Of a stretch of 64,000 nucleotides of DNA, positions 62,226-64,000 are shown one piece after another. Every line of letters starts with the position of its first letter. Positions within the stretch are counted from its first letter, which is position 1. A program made the position numbers and the translations under genes. The notes beneath the pieces are model-generated. The model saw only the letters and a program-made list of their open reading frames with translations. It was not told the DNA's origin and did no database searches. This DNA comes from Cytophagales bacterium (lineage in GTDB: Bacteria; Bacteroidota; Bacteroidia; Cytophagales; VRUD01): positions 1,594-65,593 of the forward strand of contig VRUD01000013.1 of assembly GCA_019456305.1 (NCBI GenBank). The letters run 5' to 3'.

Positions 62226-62270
62226 GACGAATTACGAATGACGAAGTACGAATTCGTCATTCGTAATTCG
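62226..62270 (+). terminator. 19-bp perfect-stem hairpin 10 nt downstream of plsY (tacgaa/ttcgta repeat family)
   Basis: Positions 62226-62244 pair perfectly with 62252-62270 around a 7-nt loop. No U-tract follows. Confidence 0.45.
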
Positions 62271-62418
62271 TACTTCGTAATTTACAATGACCGGTAAAAG
62301 CATCCCTATACAAATATTTTATTTCTTATTATTTACAGCTATACAGCTAATTTTACTAAGAAACGCTGTGCTTTTTAAAAAATTTATATCATTTTTTTTG
62401 CATTTAAAAAAAATGCCC

Positions 62419-62426
62419 TACCTTTG
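62419..62426 (+). promoter_or_regulatory. candidate -7 box (TAccTTTG)
   Basis: The sequence tacctttg lies 44 nt upstream of the ATG at 62470. Confidence 0.35.
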
Positions 62427-62469
62427 CACCCTGTTTTGGCTTCATTAACCTAAAAATAAAAATAAAATC

Positions 62470-64000
62470 ATGACAAAACTTACAATTACTTTCGTATTGG
62501 CAATCTTTGGCTATTGCTCTTTGTTTGCCCAAACTTCAGGCGGGCCTGATACTTATGGGTATATCTGGAAAAACAGCAATGACATCAGCGTTGACGCTCC
62601 GGTTTACAACTGGATAGACATTACAACCATTGGTACAGAGATCACCGGGTTGGGCGATGACAATGTTTCAGTTATCTTTCCTTTCGGCTTTACTTTTAAA
62701 TATTACTGGTCGGATATATCTGGTTTTTCTGTTGGCTCTAATGGCTACATTGCCTTGAATACTTCTTATGTCATTTCCTCTGGATTTGGAGATGGCGGTT
62801 TTCCTCCTACACCTTCAGTGGATGGTAAAGAGAATGTGGTTGCACCCTTTATGGCTGATCTCAAGCCTGATGGAGCAGGAAATCCTTCGAAACTATATTA
62901 TTACTCAAATTTAATAGATACACTCATCGTATCCTATGAGAATGTAGCTTTTTGGTCAAGCGCTGCCGCACCCCCAAATGATTGGTTAGGCTCAAATACC
63001 TTTCAAGTCATCTTTGCCAAAACTGATAGTTCTATTACATTTCAATATAAAAAACAACAGGGATCGTGGGCTCCTTCATATGATGCCACTACATACCCAG
63101 GTGTAACAGGTATTGAAAATATCACCGAACAGATTGGTTTATTGGTTTCTAGTACTAAACCAGACACGGCAACGGCTATTAAATTCTATTATCCTGACAG
63201 TGTTACCTTGTCTGTTGAAGACGTCAAACCATCATGGACCAACAATGCCGCAAATGCCGGGTTTTTTGAAATAGCAAACAGAAGCGTTAACATGGCTACC
63301 AATGTATCTAATGTTGGAAATGTTAATGTTGATACAGCCTTTAATACATTCATTGAAATACAAAGATCCGATTTTACAATTGCTTATAGTGATACAGTGA
63401 GCATTCCATCTTTAGCCCAAGGTGTTGATACCACCATCGTTTACCCTACTATATATACACCTGATTCGGCAGATATATACACGATTATGACATTTACAAA
63501 TCTATCAAGCGATATTAATACACTTAATAACCAGATCCAAACAGAGATGGTAGTGATTGATACTGTTGGTAAAACTCAGGATACCTTATCCTGGGACAAT
63601 GGGATGACGCCAGGTCAGGGAGTTGGATTTGAAGGCTGCGGGGTTCATTTCATACCACCATTTTATCCGACTGTTGTAAAGGAATTGTTATACTTTATAA
63701 TTCAAACCACTGTTGATTCCGGTGGTTTTGTAGCAGCATTGTGGGATGATGATGGCCCCGGTGGAACTGCCGGTACAGTACTTTTTTCTGATACAATAAT
63801 TCCTGACAGTGTTATTCTTGGTGGTTGGAACTCAGTAAATTTATCTGCTCCTATCTTAATAAATGATGGCGGATTTTACATTTCGTGGCAATTTATTGAT
63901 ACTACTACCCAAGGTATAGGTGTTGGTGTTGACCTTATACCACCATTTTCTTTGAGAACTTACGAAGTGCTCAGTGGGGTCTGGGGTGCATACAGGAGTG
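62470..64000 (+). CDS. secreted hypothetical protein, N-terminal ~510 aa; runs off the window end and is absent from the ORF track
   Basis: The ATG at 62470 is followed by the signal peptide MTKLTITFVLAIFGYCSLFAQ. By my translation the frame stays open to nt 64000. Confidence 0.6.
   Translation, partial: MTKLTITFVLAIFGYCSLFAQTSGGPDTYGYIWKNSNDISVDAPVYNWIDITTIGTEITGLGDDNVSVIFPFGFTFKYYWSDISGFSVGSNGYIALNTSYVISSGFGDGGFPPTPSVDGKENVVAPFMADLKPDGAGNPSKLYYYSNLIDTLIVSYENVAFWSSAAAPPNDWLGSNTFQVIFAKTDSSITFQYKKQQGSWAPSYDATTYPGVTGIENITEQIGLLVSSTKPDTATAIKFYYPDSVTLSVEDVKPSWTNNAANAGFFEIANRSVNMATNVSNVGNVNVDTAFNTFIEIQRSDFTIAYSDTVSIPSLAQGVDTTIVYPTIYTPDSADIYTIMTFTNLSSDINTLNNQIQTEMVVIDTVGKTQDTLSWDNGMTPGQGVGFEGCGVHFIPPFYPTVVKELLYFIIQTTVDSGGFVAALWDDDGPGGTAGTVLFSDTIIPDSVILGGWNSVNLSAPILINDGGFYISWQFIDTTTQGIGVGVDLIPPFSLRTYEVLSGVWGAYRS

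Noticed and set aside
1-64000. tRNA, rRNA, tmRNA, transposase, integrase, prophage or cas genes
   Set aside because: I inspected every gap between ORFs by eye and found no cloverleaf-like or rRNA-like sequence and no ORF with recombinase or transposase motifs. A tRNAscan or Infernal run would be needed to be certain about small RNAs.

Overview
The window looks like a low-GC Bacteroidota chromosomal segment. Hand counts on a few sampled 60-nt lines give roughly 35-40 % GC. Supporting signs are T9SS type A and type B C-terminal sorting domains, a PorP/SprF gene, a TonB-dependent receptor and TAnnTTTG-type -7 boxes. Housekeeping genes are recognisable: dnaE 3' part, trxA, a murF-alr fusion, nadE, dusB, cdsA and plsY, plus a beta-ureidopropionase-like and a PreT-like gene. 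They are interspersed with cell-surface and T9SS cargo genes. I saw no rRNA, tRNA, CRISPR array, transposase or integrase. Three things stand out. (1) A roughly 7-kb defence-island-like block lies at 22.6-29.6 kb. It holds a STAS-like (DUF4325) gene, a small ORF followed by an 823-aa GHKL/Bergerat-fold ATPase, an HTH-controlled alpha-class SPPY DNA methyltransferase whose 3' end overlaps the ATPase gene tail-to-tail, and a divergent, translationally coupled pair made of a winged-helix-DUF488 protein and a 271-aa orphan. No recognisable nuclease is present, so this is my best candidate for an undescribed restriction-like or defence system. (2) The segment is heavily colonised by several families of short palindromic repeats. 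These include a 153-bp MITE-like element with five copies, and many repeats sit in frame inside genes that remain open, including the housekeeping genes murF-alr and cdsA, or supply the annotated N-termini of genes. (3) A GC-rich sensor gene of about 3.5 kb (about 55-58 % GC on sampled lines) is bracketed by repeat pile-ups. Other items are a rhuM cassette flanked by 103-bp direct repeats that duplicate the nadE 3' end, and two toxin-antitoxin-like pairs. All functional calls come from reading the translations by eye. No database search was run.
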